Below, one piece after another: positions 11,066-21,136 of a DNA stretch of 64,000 nucleotides. How positions within the stretch are numbered: the first letter of the stretch is position 1; each line of letters opens with the position of its first letter. The translations under genes were made by a program, and so were the position numbers. This DNA comes from Candidatus Limnocylindrales bacterium (GTDB lineage: Bacteria > Chloroflexota > Limnocylindria > Limnocylindrales > CSP1-4). Where the stretch lies: assembly GCA_038250545.1 (NCBI GenBank), contig JBBSCF010000014.1:7962-71961 (forward strand). The letters are read 5' to 3'. Below the pieces are notes generated by a model. It was given only the letters and a program-made list of their open reading frames with translations, did not search any database and was not told where the DNA came from.

Positions 11066-11872
11066 ATGGGCGAGCAGCCCGGCGACGAGAGCGCCGCCGT
11101 TCCCGCGTCCGTCCGCCGCCAGCGCGTGTTCGACACGGTTCGCCGGCGGGAGTTCGTCTCCGTGGCCGACCTGAGCGCCACCTTCGGGGTGTCGGAGGTC
11201 ACGATCCGCACCGATCTCGAGGCGCTGTCCGAGGAGGGCAAGGTGCGGCGCATCCGGGGCGGGGCGATCCACCGCACAACCGTGACGAGGGAGGCTTCCT
11301 TCGAGCAGTCGGCCGACGCGCTCGCCGCGGAGAAGGAGTTGATCGGGCGGGCGGCGGCGGAACTGGTCGAGAGCGGACAGACGCTGATCCTCGACGCCGG
11401 AAGCACGACGGCGGCGGTCGCGCGGGCGATCGCGGCGAGGTCCGAGCTGCGTGACGTCCACGTGTTCACCAACGGCTTGCGCATCGCCCTCGAGCTCGAG
11501 CCGGCGATCCCGCACGTCACCGTCATCGTCACAGGCGGGACCCTGCGCCCGACCCAGCACTCGCTCGTGAACCCGCTCGGAACGGTGATCCTCGACCAGA
11601 TCCACGCCCACCTCGCGTTCATCGGCTGTGACGGCATCGAGGCCGAGGCCGGGGTCACGAACACGAGCGTTGCCGACGCCGAGATCAAGCGCCTGATGCT
11701 GCGGGCCGCGCGCCGCGGCGTCGTGGTGGCCGACGGCTCGAAGGTGGGCGAGGTCAGCCTGGTCCACCTCTATGGCATCGACGAGGTCGACCTTCTGATC
11801 ACGGACACGTCGGCAGATCCAGCGGCGCTGGCAGCCCTGCGGGGCCGTGGGCTCCAGGTCGATCTCGCGTGA
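11066..11872 (+). CDS. DeoR/GlpR family transcriptional regulator
   Basis: N-terminal HTH (VSVADLSATFGVSEVTIRTDLEALSEEGKVRRIRGGA) plus a C-terminal DeoR sugar-binding-type domain (LILDAGSTT, AFIGCDGI). Confidence 0.85.
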   Translation: MGEQPGDESAAVPASVRRQRVFDTVRRREFVSVADLSATFGVSEVTIRTDLEALSEEGKVRRIRGGAIHRTTVTREASFEQSADALAAEKELIGRAAAELVESGQTLILDAGSTTAAVARAIAARSELRDVHVFTNGLRIALELEPAIPHVTVIVTGGTLRPTQHSLVNPLGTVILDQIHAHLAFIGCDGIEAEAGVTNTSVADAEIKRLMLRAARRGVVVADGSKVGEVSLVHLYGIDEVDLLITDTSADPAALAALRGRGLQVDLA

Positions 11873-11930
11873 ACTTTCGCGCTGTCCGGCGGCCTGAGCG
11901 TGCCGCCGCCAACGCGCCGCTGATCTTCAC

Positions 11931-11974
11931 TTGACATCGCGACCGGAGATCATCGAAAATAAGTACCTTCGAAG
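11931..11974 (+). promoter_or_regulatory. promoter-like TTGACA...GAAAAT plus palindrome CTTCGAAG upstream of the ABC transporter genes
   Basis: TTGACA at 11931-11936, GAAAAT 18 nt downstream, and the CTTCGAAG palindrome at 11967-11974. Confidence 0.3.
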
Positions 11975-12032
11975 CCGAAAGTGACGCGGCTCCTCGCGCG
12001 CCCGGCCTCACCGGCTCCTTGGAGGACCTCGA

Positions 12033-13385
12033 ATGATGGCTCGAGCACGGTTCACGGGTCGGACGGCGGCGGCCGTTGTGCTGACCCTCCTGGTCGGCGC
12101 CTGCGGCGGCACGGTGAGCCCGACGCCCGCTCCGTCCGAGGCGCCCTCGACGGCCCCGTCCGCGTCAGCCGCTCCGTCCGCCACCCCGGCCCTCTCGGGG
12201 TCGATCACGGTCTGGTCGTGGGACATCGCCGCCCAGATGCTGACTGCGTGTGCCGGCGACTTCACGGCGGCGAACCCGGATGTCAAGGTCGATGTGACCG
12301 ACGTGGGCTATGACAACGCGTACGACAAGATCTCGGTCGGCCTGCAGTCCGGCTCCGGGCTGCCCGATGTCGTCACCGTCGAGACCGATCACATGGGCGC
12401 CTACATCGGCGCATTCCCCGACGGGTTCGTCGACCTTGCGCCCCGCGCAGCCAAGTACAAGGACCAGTTCGACCCCTCGAAATGGGTCGCCTCAAGCGAC
12501 GCCAACGGACGGCTGCTGAGCCTTCCTTGGGACTCGGGGACCGCCGCGGTCTTCTACCGCCGCGACATCTTCGAGGCTGCCGGCGTCAACGCCGATTCGA
12601 TCAAGACCTGGGATGACTTCATAGCGGCCGGCGAGACCGTGAAGGCGAAGACCGGCAAGGCGATCCTGGCCATGGACATCAGCGGCACGGCCATCTACGA
12701 TCTGCTGCTCCAGCAGCTCGGCACCGGCTACTTCACGTCCGACGGCGCCATCAACGTCGCGGGCCCGGAGTCGACCCGGGTGATGGACCTCCTCAAGACG
12801 CTGAGCGACAAGGGCCTCGTGTACAACGCACAGGGCTGGGACGGTCGCGTGAGCGCCCTCAAGGATGGCAAGTCGGCGACCTGGCCGACTGGCGTCTGGC
12901 TCGTGGGCACCCTCACGTCGGAGATGCCCGAGCTGTCTGGGAAGTTCGGCGTCATCCCGCTGCCGGCCTTCGACGCCGGCGGCATCCGGACGTCGAACAG
13001 CGGCGGATCCACGCTCGCGATCCCGTCGACGTCCAAGAACCAGGATCTCGCCTGGGCCTTCACGGAGTTCTGCCTGGCGAATACCACGGAACAGATCCTC
13101 ATGATGAAGACGGCCGGTGCCTTCCCTGCCTTCCTGCCGGCCTACGACGACCCGTACCTCCAGGCACCTCAGCCCTACTTCGACGGCGACGCGATCTACA
13201 CCGTGTTCGGGCCCCTGACGAAGGAGATCCCAACGATCACCTATACCTCTGACAACTCACGGGCCTCGGACCAGATGGCAAACACGCAGGCCGCGATCCT
13301 CCTGAAGGGCGAGGACGTCAAGGCGGCGCTCGACGAGGCTGCGAAGGCCCTCAGCAACGCGACCAAGCGCCCAATCGCTCCGTAA
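12033..13385 (+). CDS. sugar ABC transporter substrate-binding lipoprotein
   Basis: Signal peptide with lipobox LLVGAC. Family-1 solute-binding features (ITVWSW, AVFYRRDIFE, GGSTLAIP). Confidence 0.9.
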   Translation: MMARARFTGRTAAAVVLTLLVGACGGTVSPTPAPSEAPSTAPSASAAPSATPALSGSITVWSWDIAAQMLTACAGDFTAANPDVKVDVTDVGYDNAYDKISVGLQSGSGLPDVVTVETDHMGAYIGAFPDGFVDLAPRAAKYKDQFDPSKWVASSDANGRLLSLPWDSGTAAVFYRRDIFEAAGVNADSIKTWDDFIAAGETVKAKTGKAILAMDISGTAIYDLLLQQLGTGYFTSDGAINVAGPESTRVMDLLKTLSDKGLVYNAQGWDGRVSALKDGKSATWPTGVWLVGTLTSEMPELSGKFGVIPLPAFDAGGIRTSNSGGSTLAIPSTSKNQDLAWAFTEFCLANTTEQILMMKTAGAFPAFLPAYDDPYLQAPQPYFDGDAIYTVFGPLTKEIPTITYTSDNSRASDQMANTQAAILLKGEDVKAALDEAAKALSNATKRPIAP

Positions 13386-13389
13386 GTCG

Positions 13390-14316
13390 ATGGCGAGCGG
13401 TCAGGCACTCGTCGCTCCCGAAGTCGGCACCGGAGGTGGCCCCCGGGGATTCGCCCGGCGCCGCACGTCCCCGTTGTCCGCGGCAGGATTCGTGGGGCCC
13501 GCGGTTATCCTCTTCGCCATCTTCTTCGCCTGGCCGCTCGTCTCGAGCCTGATCCAGAGCTTCCAGGTCCGCGTGGGCGGACAGACCGAGTGGGCGGGCC
13601 TCGCCCAGTACGAGCGGCTGGCGAACGATCCGCTAGTGCTGACCTCGCTCGAGAACGCCTTCATCATCCTGATCATCCAGGTTCCGATCATGATCGGGAC
13701 CGCACTGCTGCTCGCGGTCGTCCTCGCCCGAAGCTGGCTGCGATTCCGCGGGACCTACCGGCTCATCTATTTCCTGCCCGCGGTCACCACCCTCGTTGCC
13801 TACTCGATCGTCTTCCGCGTGCTTCTGCGAACCGATTCGGGCGTTGTCAACCAGGCCCTCGGGGCGATCGGCATCGCCCCGGTCGACGGGCTGAACGACC
13901 CGTTCTGGGCGCGGGTGACGCTGATGGCGTCGATCACGTGGCGCTGGACGGGCTACAACATGGTAATCCTGCTCGCCGGCCTGCAGGGCATCCCGCACGA
14001 GACATACGAGGCTGCCGCGATCGACGGCGCCGGGGCGTGGGCGACGTTTCGCCGGATCACGATCCCGCTCCTCCGCCCGGTGATCCTCTTCACTCTCATC
14101 ATGTCGACGATCGGGACGTTCCAGCTCTTCGACGAGAACTACATCCTCACCCGGGGCGGGCCGGCCAACGCGACGCTCACGCCCGTGCTCTATCTCTACA
14201 AGGTCGCCTTCCGCGGGCTCGACTTCAACTACGCGTCCGCCATCGCGTGGTTCCTGGTGATCATCATTGGCGCCATCTCCTTCCTGCAGTTCCGTGTCGT
14301 CGGGAGGGAGGACTGA
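13390..14316 (+). CDS. carbohydrate ABC transporter permease (MalF-like)
   Basis: Multi-TM protein with an EAA-type loop (YEAAAIDGAGAWATFRRITIPLL). Confidence 0.9.
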   Translation: MASGQALVAPEVGTGGGPRGFARRRTSPLSAAGFVGPAVILFAIFFAWPLVSSLIQSFQVRVGGQTEWAGLAQYERLANDPLVLTSLENAFIILIIQVPIMIGTALLLAVVLARSWLRFRGTYRLIYFLPAVTTLVAYSIVFRVLLRTDSGVVNQALGAIGIAPVDGLNDPFWARVTLMASITWRWTGYNMVILLAGLQGIPHETYEAAAIDGAGAWATFRRITIPLLRPVILFTLIMSTIGTFQLFDENYILTRGGPANATLTPVLYLYKVAFRGLDFNYASAIAWFLVIIIGAISFLQFRVVGRED

Positions 14317-15209
14317 TGGCGGCCACACGCCGGCGCTCCGCGACTCCGGACCCGGGGTCCGGCGAAACCCGCGCCGCACACCGTGATGATGTTCGCTCGC
14401 GGCTCGTGCGCTTCGGCTTGTACGCCGCCCTGATCGTCGGCGCGGTGATCAGCCTGTTCCCGTTCTACTGGATGGCAGTCGCCGCGACCCAGCCAACGGC
14501 CGACCTGTTCCATACCCCGCCGCCGCTGCTCCCGGGCGGCGAGCTGTGGACGAACGTCCAGCGGCTCCAGGAGGAGATCGGGCTGGGCCGGGTCATGTTC
14601 AACTCGATCGCGATTGCCACGATCTACACGGCCCTCAGCTCGACCGTCAGCGCGATGTGTGGCTACGGCCTTGCGAAGCAGCGCTTTCGTGGCCGCGGCT
14701 TGCTGCTCGGCCTGATCCTGGGCTCGATGATCATCCCGTACCAGGTGACGCTGGTCCCGCTCTTCCAGATGATGGCCGCCCTCGGCTGGATGGACAGCTA
14801 CCAGGCCGTCATCCTGCCGTTTGTCGCGAGCGCCTTCGGGATCTTCCTGATGCGGCAGGCATTCCTCAGCTTCCCGGACGAGATCATCGAGTCGGGGCGG
14901 ATCGACGGCGCCAGCGAGCTCCGCATCTTCTACGGGCTCGTCGTGCCGGTCGTGGGACCGCAGATCGCGGCGCTCGTCATCTACACGTTCGTGAGCCAGT
15001 GGAACGCGTTCATCTGGCCCCTGCTGGTGCTCAACAGCGAGGACCAGTACACCGTGCCGGTCGCGCTCAATACCCTCGTCGGCCAGACCCACGTCGACTA
15101 CTCGGGGCTGATGCTCGGCTCGTTCCTGGCGACCGTCCCGATCATGATCGTGTTCCTTCGATTCCAGCGCGAGTTCATCTCGGGGCTGCTTGGCGGAGCG
15201 GTGAAGTGA
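14316..15209 (+). CDS. carbohydrate ABC transporter permease (MalG-like)
   Basis: ATG 14316 overlaps the previous stop. ESGRIDGASELRIFYGLVVP loop. Confidence 0.9.
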   Translation: MAATRRRSATPDPGSGETRAAHRDDVRSRLVRFGLYAALIVGAVISLFPFYWMAVAATQPTADLFHTPPPLLPGGELWTNVQRLQEEIGLGRVMFNSIAIATIYTALSSTVSAMCGYGLAKQRFRGRGLLLGLILGSMIIPYQVTLVPLFQMMAALGWMDSYQAVILPFVASAFGIFLMRQAFLSFPDEIIESGRIDGASELRIFYGLVVPVVGPQIAALVIYTFVSQWNAFIWPLLVLNSEDQYTVPVALNTLVGQTHVDYSGLMLGSFLATVPIMIVFLRFQREFISGLLGGAVK

Positions 15210-15303
15210 TAGGGCAGTCGAGTCCGATCGGCGCTCCTACCGCGTCAGGCCAGCCGCGCCGCGGCCGCTCGGCCGCGGATTCGTACCCGATGAGGGATGC
15301 ACG

Positions 15304-17334
15304 TTGAGCGTTAGGGTCACGGAGCAGGGGTTGCTCGTGGACGGTTGCCTCGTGCCCGTCTATGCCGGCGCCGCCCAGTACTGGCGCCTGGATCGGGACG
15401 CCTGGGAGCGCGTGCTCGACGCGGTGCAGGATCTCGGCTTCGAGGTGGTCGAGACGTACGTTCCGTGGGGGATCCACGAGATTGCGCCGGGGTCATTCGA
15501 CTGGGGCGAGATCGACGCGCGGAAGGACCTCGACGCGTTCCTCGATCTCTGCCATGCGCGGGGCTTGCATGTCCTGGCGCGCCCCGGGCCGCTGATCGAC
15601 GCCGAGCTGACGGATTTCGGCTTTCCTGAGCGGGTTCTCCTCGACCCGCGCGTCCAGGCGCGGACCGCGGTGGGCACGCCGCATTTCAGCCTGGCGCGGG
15701 GGTTCCAGCCACCGCACCAATTCCCTGTCCCTTCTTACGCAAGCGAGGCGTACTACACCGAGATCGCGGGTTGGTTCGACGCCGTCTGCCCGGTGCTCGC
15801 CCGGCATGTCGCGCCGACCGGCCCGATCATCGCCGTGCAATCCGACAACGAAACCTCATACGTGTTCTGGGACGAACCGTACGCGACCGACTACGCCGAC
15901 GACTCACTGGCCCGGTACCGGGACTTCCTGCTCGCGCGTCACGGCTCACTCGAGGCCGTCGTCACGGCGCACGGGCAGGCTTACGCCTCGCTCGAATCGA
16001 TCGAGCCCCCGCGCGACTGCCGCATCGTCGCCCGCCGCGACGTCGCTCGGCACGTGGACTGGCTCGCATACAAGGAGGCCCAGGTGAGATCGGCGGTCTC
16101 CCGGGTCGCGAGGATGCTTCGCGAGCGGGGGCTCGCAGACGTCGTGATCTTCCACGACGTCTCGGACTCGTGGCGGACGCCGCTCGACCTCGCGCGGCTC
16201 GAGGCCGACCCCGAAGTCGACTGGGTCGGGATGAACCAGTACCGGAGCCCAGCGGAATACCGCGACATCGTCACCCAGGCGAGATTCCTGTCGGGCGCGA
16301 CCCGCTTGCCGTTCGTGCCGGAGTTGGGGGCGGGCCGCTGGGCCCACCATCCGGTCATCCCGACACCCGGCGAGGAGGAGTTGACCGCGCTCTCCGCGAT
16401 CATGCACGGGATTCGGGCGTTCAACCTCTACATGCTCGTCGAACGCGAACGGTGGACCGCCAGTCCGATCCGGCGCGACGGGACCCTGCGGCCGGAGTTC
16501 GCCAGGCTGTGGCGAGAAGTGGCAGCGTTTCTCCGCGAGCACGAGTTCTGGCGTTTCGAGCGCCGTCCGGACGTCCTCGCCCTCCTCAACTACGACGTGT
16601 GCCGCCTCTCGGCCGCGCTCACGACGCTCCACGATGCGCATGTCGACCTGCTCGGGCTGCCGGCCGCGCTCCGATCGGTGGACGCCGACCTGGGCCTGGA
16701 GTGGGACCTCAGGCGCGAGGCCGACGTCGGAGATCCGGCGTCGTGGCTGGGCAGTGTGCTCGTCGAGCTCGGCAGGCTGCGCATCGATCACGACATCGCC
16801 GACACGCACCTCGGACGGGACAGGCTTGACCGGTATCGCGTGATAGTCTTGCAGTCGCTCGGCTTCATGGACCCGGTCGATCAGGCGCGACTGCTCGGCT
16901 GGATCGAGGATGGCGGCCACCTCGTGGTCGGTCCGGCGATCCCGACGATGGACCCGGCGTTCCTGCCGTGCCTCGTGCTCGCCCATCGCCTGGATGGGCC
17001 CGGGACCGCGCGCGTCGGAGCGGGCCAGATCACGTGGGTGCAGGATTCGATCGCGGCTGCGGGCACGGTCGCGACGACATCCCCGGGCGACGCAGACCGG
17101 CAGTCGGTCACGTGTGACGAGCCGATGCTCGACCTGGTGCTGCACCGGGACGGGCCACTCGGCATGCTCTTCGCAGCGAACCCTACGCCTGCTGCCCTGC
17201 GGGCGACGATCGCCATCAGCGACGCGACGCGGCTCGTGCCGGCCTGGCCCCGGGGCGGGGGAGCAACTGTCCCGGCCCCGTGGACGGTCGACGTCCCGGC
17301 CCGGACGGTCAGAGCCTGGCGGGTCGAGCCATGA
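15304..17334 (+). CDS. GH35-like beta-galactosidase
   Basis: ETYVPWGIHEIAPGSFDWG...DLDAFLDLCHARGLHVLARPGPLIDAE and QSDNETS fit the GH35 N-terminal TIM-barrel pattern. TTG start. Confidence 0.8.
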   Translation: MSVRVTEQGLLVDGCLVPVYAGAAQYWRLDRDAWERVLDAVQDLGFEVVETYVPWGIHEIAPGSFDWGEIDARKDLDAFLDLCHARGLHVLARPGPLIDAELTDFGFPERVLLDPRVQARTAVGTPHFSLARGFQPPHQFPVPSYASEAYYTEIAGWFDAVCPVLARHVAPTGPIIAVQSDNETSYVFWDEPYATDYADDSLARYRDFLLARHGSLEAVVTAHGQAYASLESIEPPRDCRIVARRDVARHVDWLAYKEAQVRSAVSRVARMLRERGLADVVIFHDVSDSWRTPLDLARLEADPEVDWVGMNQYRSPAEYRDIVTQARFLSGATRLPFVPELGAGRWAHHPVIPTPGEEELTALSAIMHGIRAFNLYMLVERERWTASPIRRDGTLRPEFARLWREVAAFLREHEFWRFERRPDVLALLNYDVCRLSAALTTLHDAHVDLLGLPAALRSVDADLGLEWDLRREADVGDPASWLGSVLVELGRLRIDHDIADTHLGRDRLDRYRVIVLQSLGFMDPVDQARLLGWIEDGGHLVVGPAIPTMDPAFLPCLVLAHRLDGPGTARVGAGQITWVQDSIAAAGTVATTSPGDADRQSVTCDEPMLDLVLHRDGPLGMLFAANPTPAALRATIAISDATRLVPAWPRGGGATVPAPWTVDVPARTVRAWRVEP

Positions 17335-18182
17335 TCGACGCAGGCTGGCTCGTCACGGACCTGGATCCCACGACGTGGCGGAACGTCACGCCGCTCATCC
17401 ATCCATCGACGTTCTTCCGTGCCGGTGAGCCCGGGGAACACGGGCTATACGTGCTCCACGCGGCCGGTCGGCCCCTTCGCGTCGTTGACACACGGACCGG
17501 CGTTCGGCGCGACCTCGCGATCCCAGACGTGCTCGATCCGCGCAGCGTCGCGAGGGATCTGTACAGTCTGGGGGAGTGGGACCGCGTCCATGTCATCGAT
17601 CGCCGGCACCTCACCGAGGTCGGGCGCCTGGCCCAGGATCCCTCGAACCGTGAGATGACCATCGACGCCTACTATCGCCTGACGTACCACCTGCTGTGGG
17701 ACGACAGCGACGGCTACGTCACGATGCCCGCACGTGCGCCCGACTGGCGCGGCTGGACATATGAAGGGATCCAGCGCTTTGTCGCCAACCTTCCGGAGGC
17801 GGCGACTCTCGGAATCGCCGTGACGAGCGAGGCCGGCCTCGAGATCGGCCTCGTCCTCGACGTCTGCCGGGGGCGCGTCGTGGGGGTGACCACGTTCGAG
17901 GCATTCGGTGAGCCACTGACCTCTTTGTCTCCGTCGCCCGCGGGGGTCGCGCACCTGTGGCAACGCCTTGAGGACCGGGCTCTCGCGGGACCGGGACGGA
18001 GCCCGAGCACTCGGGCGGCTCTGCCGGCATTCGTCATCGTCATGTCTCGCGTCGCGCTCGACGCCCTTCTGGCCAACGGATCGAAACGGGCGGCGCTTCG
18101 GGCGGCGGTGCGTCGCGGCGAGGCATGCTGGAACCGTTCCCGGGTCGTCCGACCCGGGAACGGTGTTGACCGGGCATCGTGA
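17331..18182 (+). CDS. hypothetical protein embedded between the two beta-galactosidase genes
   Basis: ATGA overlap with the GH35 stop. Balanced amino-acid composition including W, Y and F. I recognised no family. Confidence 0.55.
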   Translation: MIDAGWLVTDLDPTTWRNVTPLIHPSTFFRAGEPGEHGLYVLHAAGRPLRVVDTRTGVRRDLAIPDVLDPRSVARDLYSLGEWDRVHVIDRRHLTEVGRLAQDPSNREMTIDAYYRLTYHLLWDDSDGYVTMPARAPDWRGWTYEGIQRFVANLPEAATLGIAVTSEAGLEIGLVLDVCRGRVVGVTTFEAFGEPLTSLSPSPAGVAHLWQRLEDRALAGPGRSPSTRAALPAFVIVMSRVALDALLANGSKRAALRAAVRRGEACWNRSRVVRPGNGVDRAS

Positions 18183-18200
18183 CGGAGCGATGGGAGAGGG

Positions 18201-20246
18201 ATGACGACCAGACCCAGACCCGGCCGCCGCCGCTGGCCCGCGCGACCAGACGGCATCGCGTTCGGGAGCGACTACAACCCGGAGCAGTGGCCGGAGACCA
18301 CCTGGCTCGAGGACGTCCGCCTCATGGGTGAGGCCGGCGTGAACCTGGTGACGGTCGGGGTGTTCGCCTGGGCGCGCCTGCAGCCACGGCCAGACACGTG
18401 GGATTTCGGCTGGCTCGACCGCGTCCTCGACCTCCTTGCGTCGAACGACATCGCCGTCGACCTCGCCACCGCCACGGCGTCGCCGCCTCCATGGTTCTCC
18501 CTCCTCCACCCGGAGTCTCTGCCGGTGAATGCCGGCGGCACGCGGCTCGGCATCGGGAGCCGGCAGCACATCTGCCCGAGCTCTCCCGCCTTCCGCGACG
18601 CGGCCGCCGTCCTTGTGGAGCAGCTGGCGACCCGGTACCGGACGCATCCGGCAGTCGTCATGTGGCACATCGGCAACGAGTACGGGGACCACGTCCAGCA
18701 GTGCTTCTGCGATGTCTCGGCGGCCGACTTCCGGGCCTGGCTGCGTCGCCGGCATCTGACCCTCGACGCGCTCAACGAGGCGTGGACGACGGATGTCTGG
18801 AGCGGCCGCCTCGGGGACTGGGCCGAGGTCATGCCGCCACGTGAGGCGCCCGCCCCGCTCAATCCCGCCCTCCTGGTCGACTGGCGCCGTTTCTCGTCGG
18901 ACGCCCTTCTCGCCTGCTATGAGAATGAGCGGGCCATCCTCGCCCGGATGACGCCCGACCTCCCCGTTACGACGAACTTCATGCGGCTCAACGACGGCAT
19001 CGACCACCGCAGCTGGGCGGCATCGCTCGATCTCGTCTCGGTGGATCTCTACCCGGATCCCGCCGACCCGGCGAGCATCGCGGAGGCCGCGCTGAACCAC
19101 GACCTGATGCGTTCGCTGGGCGACGGCCGGCCGTGGCTCCTGATGGAGCAGGCCCGGAGCGCCGTGGACTGGCGGCCGGTCAACATGCCGAAGCGCCCGG
19201 AGCAGATGCGGGCCCTCAGCCTCGCGGCTGTCGGCCGGGGGGCGGACGGGATCATGTTCTTCCAGTGGCGCGGCTCCCGGGGCGGCCCAGAAGCGTTCCA
19301 CAGTGTGCTGCTCCCGGTGGGCGGGACGGCAACGCGCGGGTGGCGCGCCACGGTGGCCCTGGGCGGTGAGCTGCGCCTGCTCGCCGAGGTGACCGGGTCG
19401 CGCGTGCCCGCGGAGGCCGCACTCATCGTCGATTGGGAGAGCTGGTGGGCGCTCGACACGGTCGGCCACCCCAGCGACCGGTTGCGCTACCGCGACCAGG
19501 TGCTCGGCTGGTATCGACCGCTTCACGCGGCGAACCTGGCCGTGGACATCCGCGGCCCGGGTGAGGACCTCTCGGCCTACCGGCTCGTCGTCGCCCCGAA
19601 CCTGTTCCTCGTGGACCCGGGAGCCGCCCGCGGGCTCGGCCGCTTCGTTGAAGACGGCGGCGTCCTCGTCGTCGGGCCCTACAGCGGGGTAGTGGATCCC
19701 GACCACCACGTGCGCGATGGCCACTACCCCGGGCTGCTCCGCGACCTCATCGGCGTCCACTGGGAGGAGGTGTGGCCGATCCAGGATGGCGATGTGGGCG
19801 TCCGGTTCGCGTCGGGCCGGACGGCAAGGGCACGGATCTGGCGGGACGCGCTGGACCTCGATGGGGCGACCGCCGTCGCGTCGTATGCGGACGGCGAGCT
19901 CGAAGGGTGGCCGGCGATCACCCGACACGCGGTCGGACGGGGCGAAGCGTGGTATCTCGGCTGCGTGCTGGACGAGATCGGCATGGCAGGGCTGCTCGAA
20001 GATGTCTGGAGGACGGCGGGGGTCGCGCCCGTCGCGGAGGTTCCCCCCGGTGTCGAGGTGTCCCGGCGCGTTGGGGATGCTGCCGAGTACCTGTTTTTCG
20101 TGAACCACGCGACGTCCGAGCGGACGATCTCCCCCCCGGGGCCCGGCCTCGAGATGCTCACCGGGACGCGGGTCGGGCGCGAGGTGGACCTCCATCTCCC
20201 CAGTTCGGGAGTGGCGATCCTCCGGTTGCCGCGCCGTCCCGTCTAG
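18201..20246 (+). CDS. GH42 beta-galactosidase
   Basis: DYNPEQWPE...GVNLVTVGVFAWARLQP and GNEYG motifs, plus a trimerisation-type C-terminal region. Confidence 0.9.
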   Translation: MTTRPRPGRRRWPARPDGIAFGSDYNPEQWPETTWLEDVRLMGEAGVNLVTVGVFAWARLQPRPDTWDFGWLDRVLDLLASNDIAVDLATATASPPPWFSLLHPESLPVNAGGTRLGIGSRQHICPSSPAFRDAAAVLVEQLATRYRTHPAVVMWHIGNEYGDHVQQCFCDVSAADFRAWLRRRHLTLDALNEAWTTDVWSGRLGDWAEVMPPREAPAPLNPALLVDWRRFSSDALLACYENERAILARMTPDLPVTTNFMRLNDGIDHRSWAASLDLVSVDLYPDPADPASIAEAALNHDLMRSLGDGRPWLLMEQARSAVDWRPVNMPKRPEQMRALSLAAVGRGADGIMFFQWRGSRGGPEAFHSVLLPVGGTATRGWRATVALGGELRLLAEVTGSRVPAEAALIVDWESWWALDTVGHPSDRLRYRDQVLGWYRPLHAANLAVDIRGPGEDLSAYRLVVAPNLFLVDPGAARGLGRFVEDGGVLVVGPYSGVVDPDHHVRDGHYPGLLRDLIGVHWEEVWPIQDGDVGVRFASGRTARARIWRDALDLDGATAVASYADGELEGWPAITRHAVGRGEAWYLGCVLDEIGMAGLLEDVWRTAGVAPVAEVPPGVEVSRRVGDAAEYLFFVNHATSERTISPPGPGLEMLTGTRVGREVDLHLPSSGVAILRLPRRPV

Positions 20247-20370
20247 GCTCCCGGACTCCGCACCGTGGCCTCCAACCGGGCCGCCGCGGTCCGACGGCGT
20301 GGCGTTGGCTCGTGGTTGGGAGCCGTCCGCGCCGGGCGCTGCCGCCCCGACCGGCGGTACAGTGGTGGCG

Positions 20371-20757
20371 ATGACTTCCCCCGAACGCCCCGGTCCTGTT
20401 CGCCCTGTCGACTACAAGGGCGAGCCCCTCGATTCGGAGCGTGGCCCGGGCCTGGGTTGTTTCCGCTTCCAGGTGGTGCTGCTGGTCGTCCTGCTCGTGG
20501 CGACGCCACTGACCGTCGCCTGGAGCTGGAGCCCGATCATCAGCATCGTGCTGCTGTTCCTGACCCTGATCCTGCTGCTGTTCGCCGGGCAGACGGTCAT
20601 CTTTCTGCTCCGCCTCGTCGCGGCCGACAAGCGTGAGGGACGCCGGGTGCCGCTGGCCGCCCAGACACCCACCGTGGGCGAGCTGGAGGACGACACGCCG
20701 GCCACGGCGCCCGCCCCGAACCCGGGCGAGCCGGGTGACCCGGGCGTGCGAGAATAG
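20371..20757 (+). CDS. hypothetical two-TM membrane protein
   Basis: Two hydrophobic helices (FQVVLLVVLLVATPL, IISIVLLFLTLILLLFAG) and an acidic, Pro-rich tail. Confidence 0.5.
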   Translation: MTSPERPGPVRPVDYKGEPLDSERGPGLGCFRFQVVLLVVLLVATPLTVAWSWSPIISIVLLFLTLILLLFAGQTVIFLLRLVAADKREGRRVPLAAQTPTVGELEDDTPATAPAPNPGEPGDPGVRE

Positions 20758-20796
20758 ACGCGCTCGAGCCAGGCCTCACAGGAGACACCTCGTCCC

Positions 20797-21123
20797 GTGC
20801 CCATCCTCGCGACCTACTTCTCCGTCCGGCGCGGCCGCGATCCGTTCTTCAAGTTCTTCATGAAGACGATCTTCCCGCGCCAGTTGAAGGAGTACGAGGA
20901 GAAGTTCGGGATCAAGTTCGTGGGCTGGTACAACGTGGCCCACGGCTGGGACTTCGACAACGTCATCATGCTGGACCTCCCGGACTACGGGACCCTGGAC
21001 AAGCTCGAAGCCGACGAGGCGACCCGGGCCCTGGGGCACCGGGCGGGCGAATGGATCTTCGAACGACATCACTCGATGTTCCTCCGGGAGCGGCTCGGAC
21101 CGGACCTCGAGTACCACGGCTGA
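20797..21123 (+). CDS. hypothetical 108-aa protein
   Basis: AGGAGA SD upstream of a GTG start. Globular composition (FKFFMKTIFPRQLKEYEEKFGIKFVGWYNVAHGWDFDNV). Confidence 0.6.
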   Translation: MPILATYFSVRRGRDPFFKFFMKTIFPRQLKEYEEKFGIKFVGWYNVAHGWDFDNVIMLDLPDYGTLDKLEADEATRALGHRAGEWIFERHHSMFLRERLGPDLEYHG

Positions 21124-21136
21124 AGGAGGCGATCGC

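Noticed and set aside
17445-20195. A 916-aa ORF on the minus strand spanning the unknown ORF and the GH42 gene.
   Set aside because: It is antisense to a clear GH42 beta-galactosidase, has an R/G/P/D/H-dominated composition and contains no recognisable motif.
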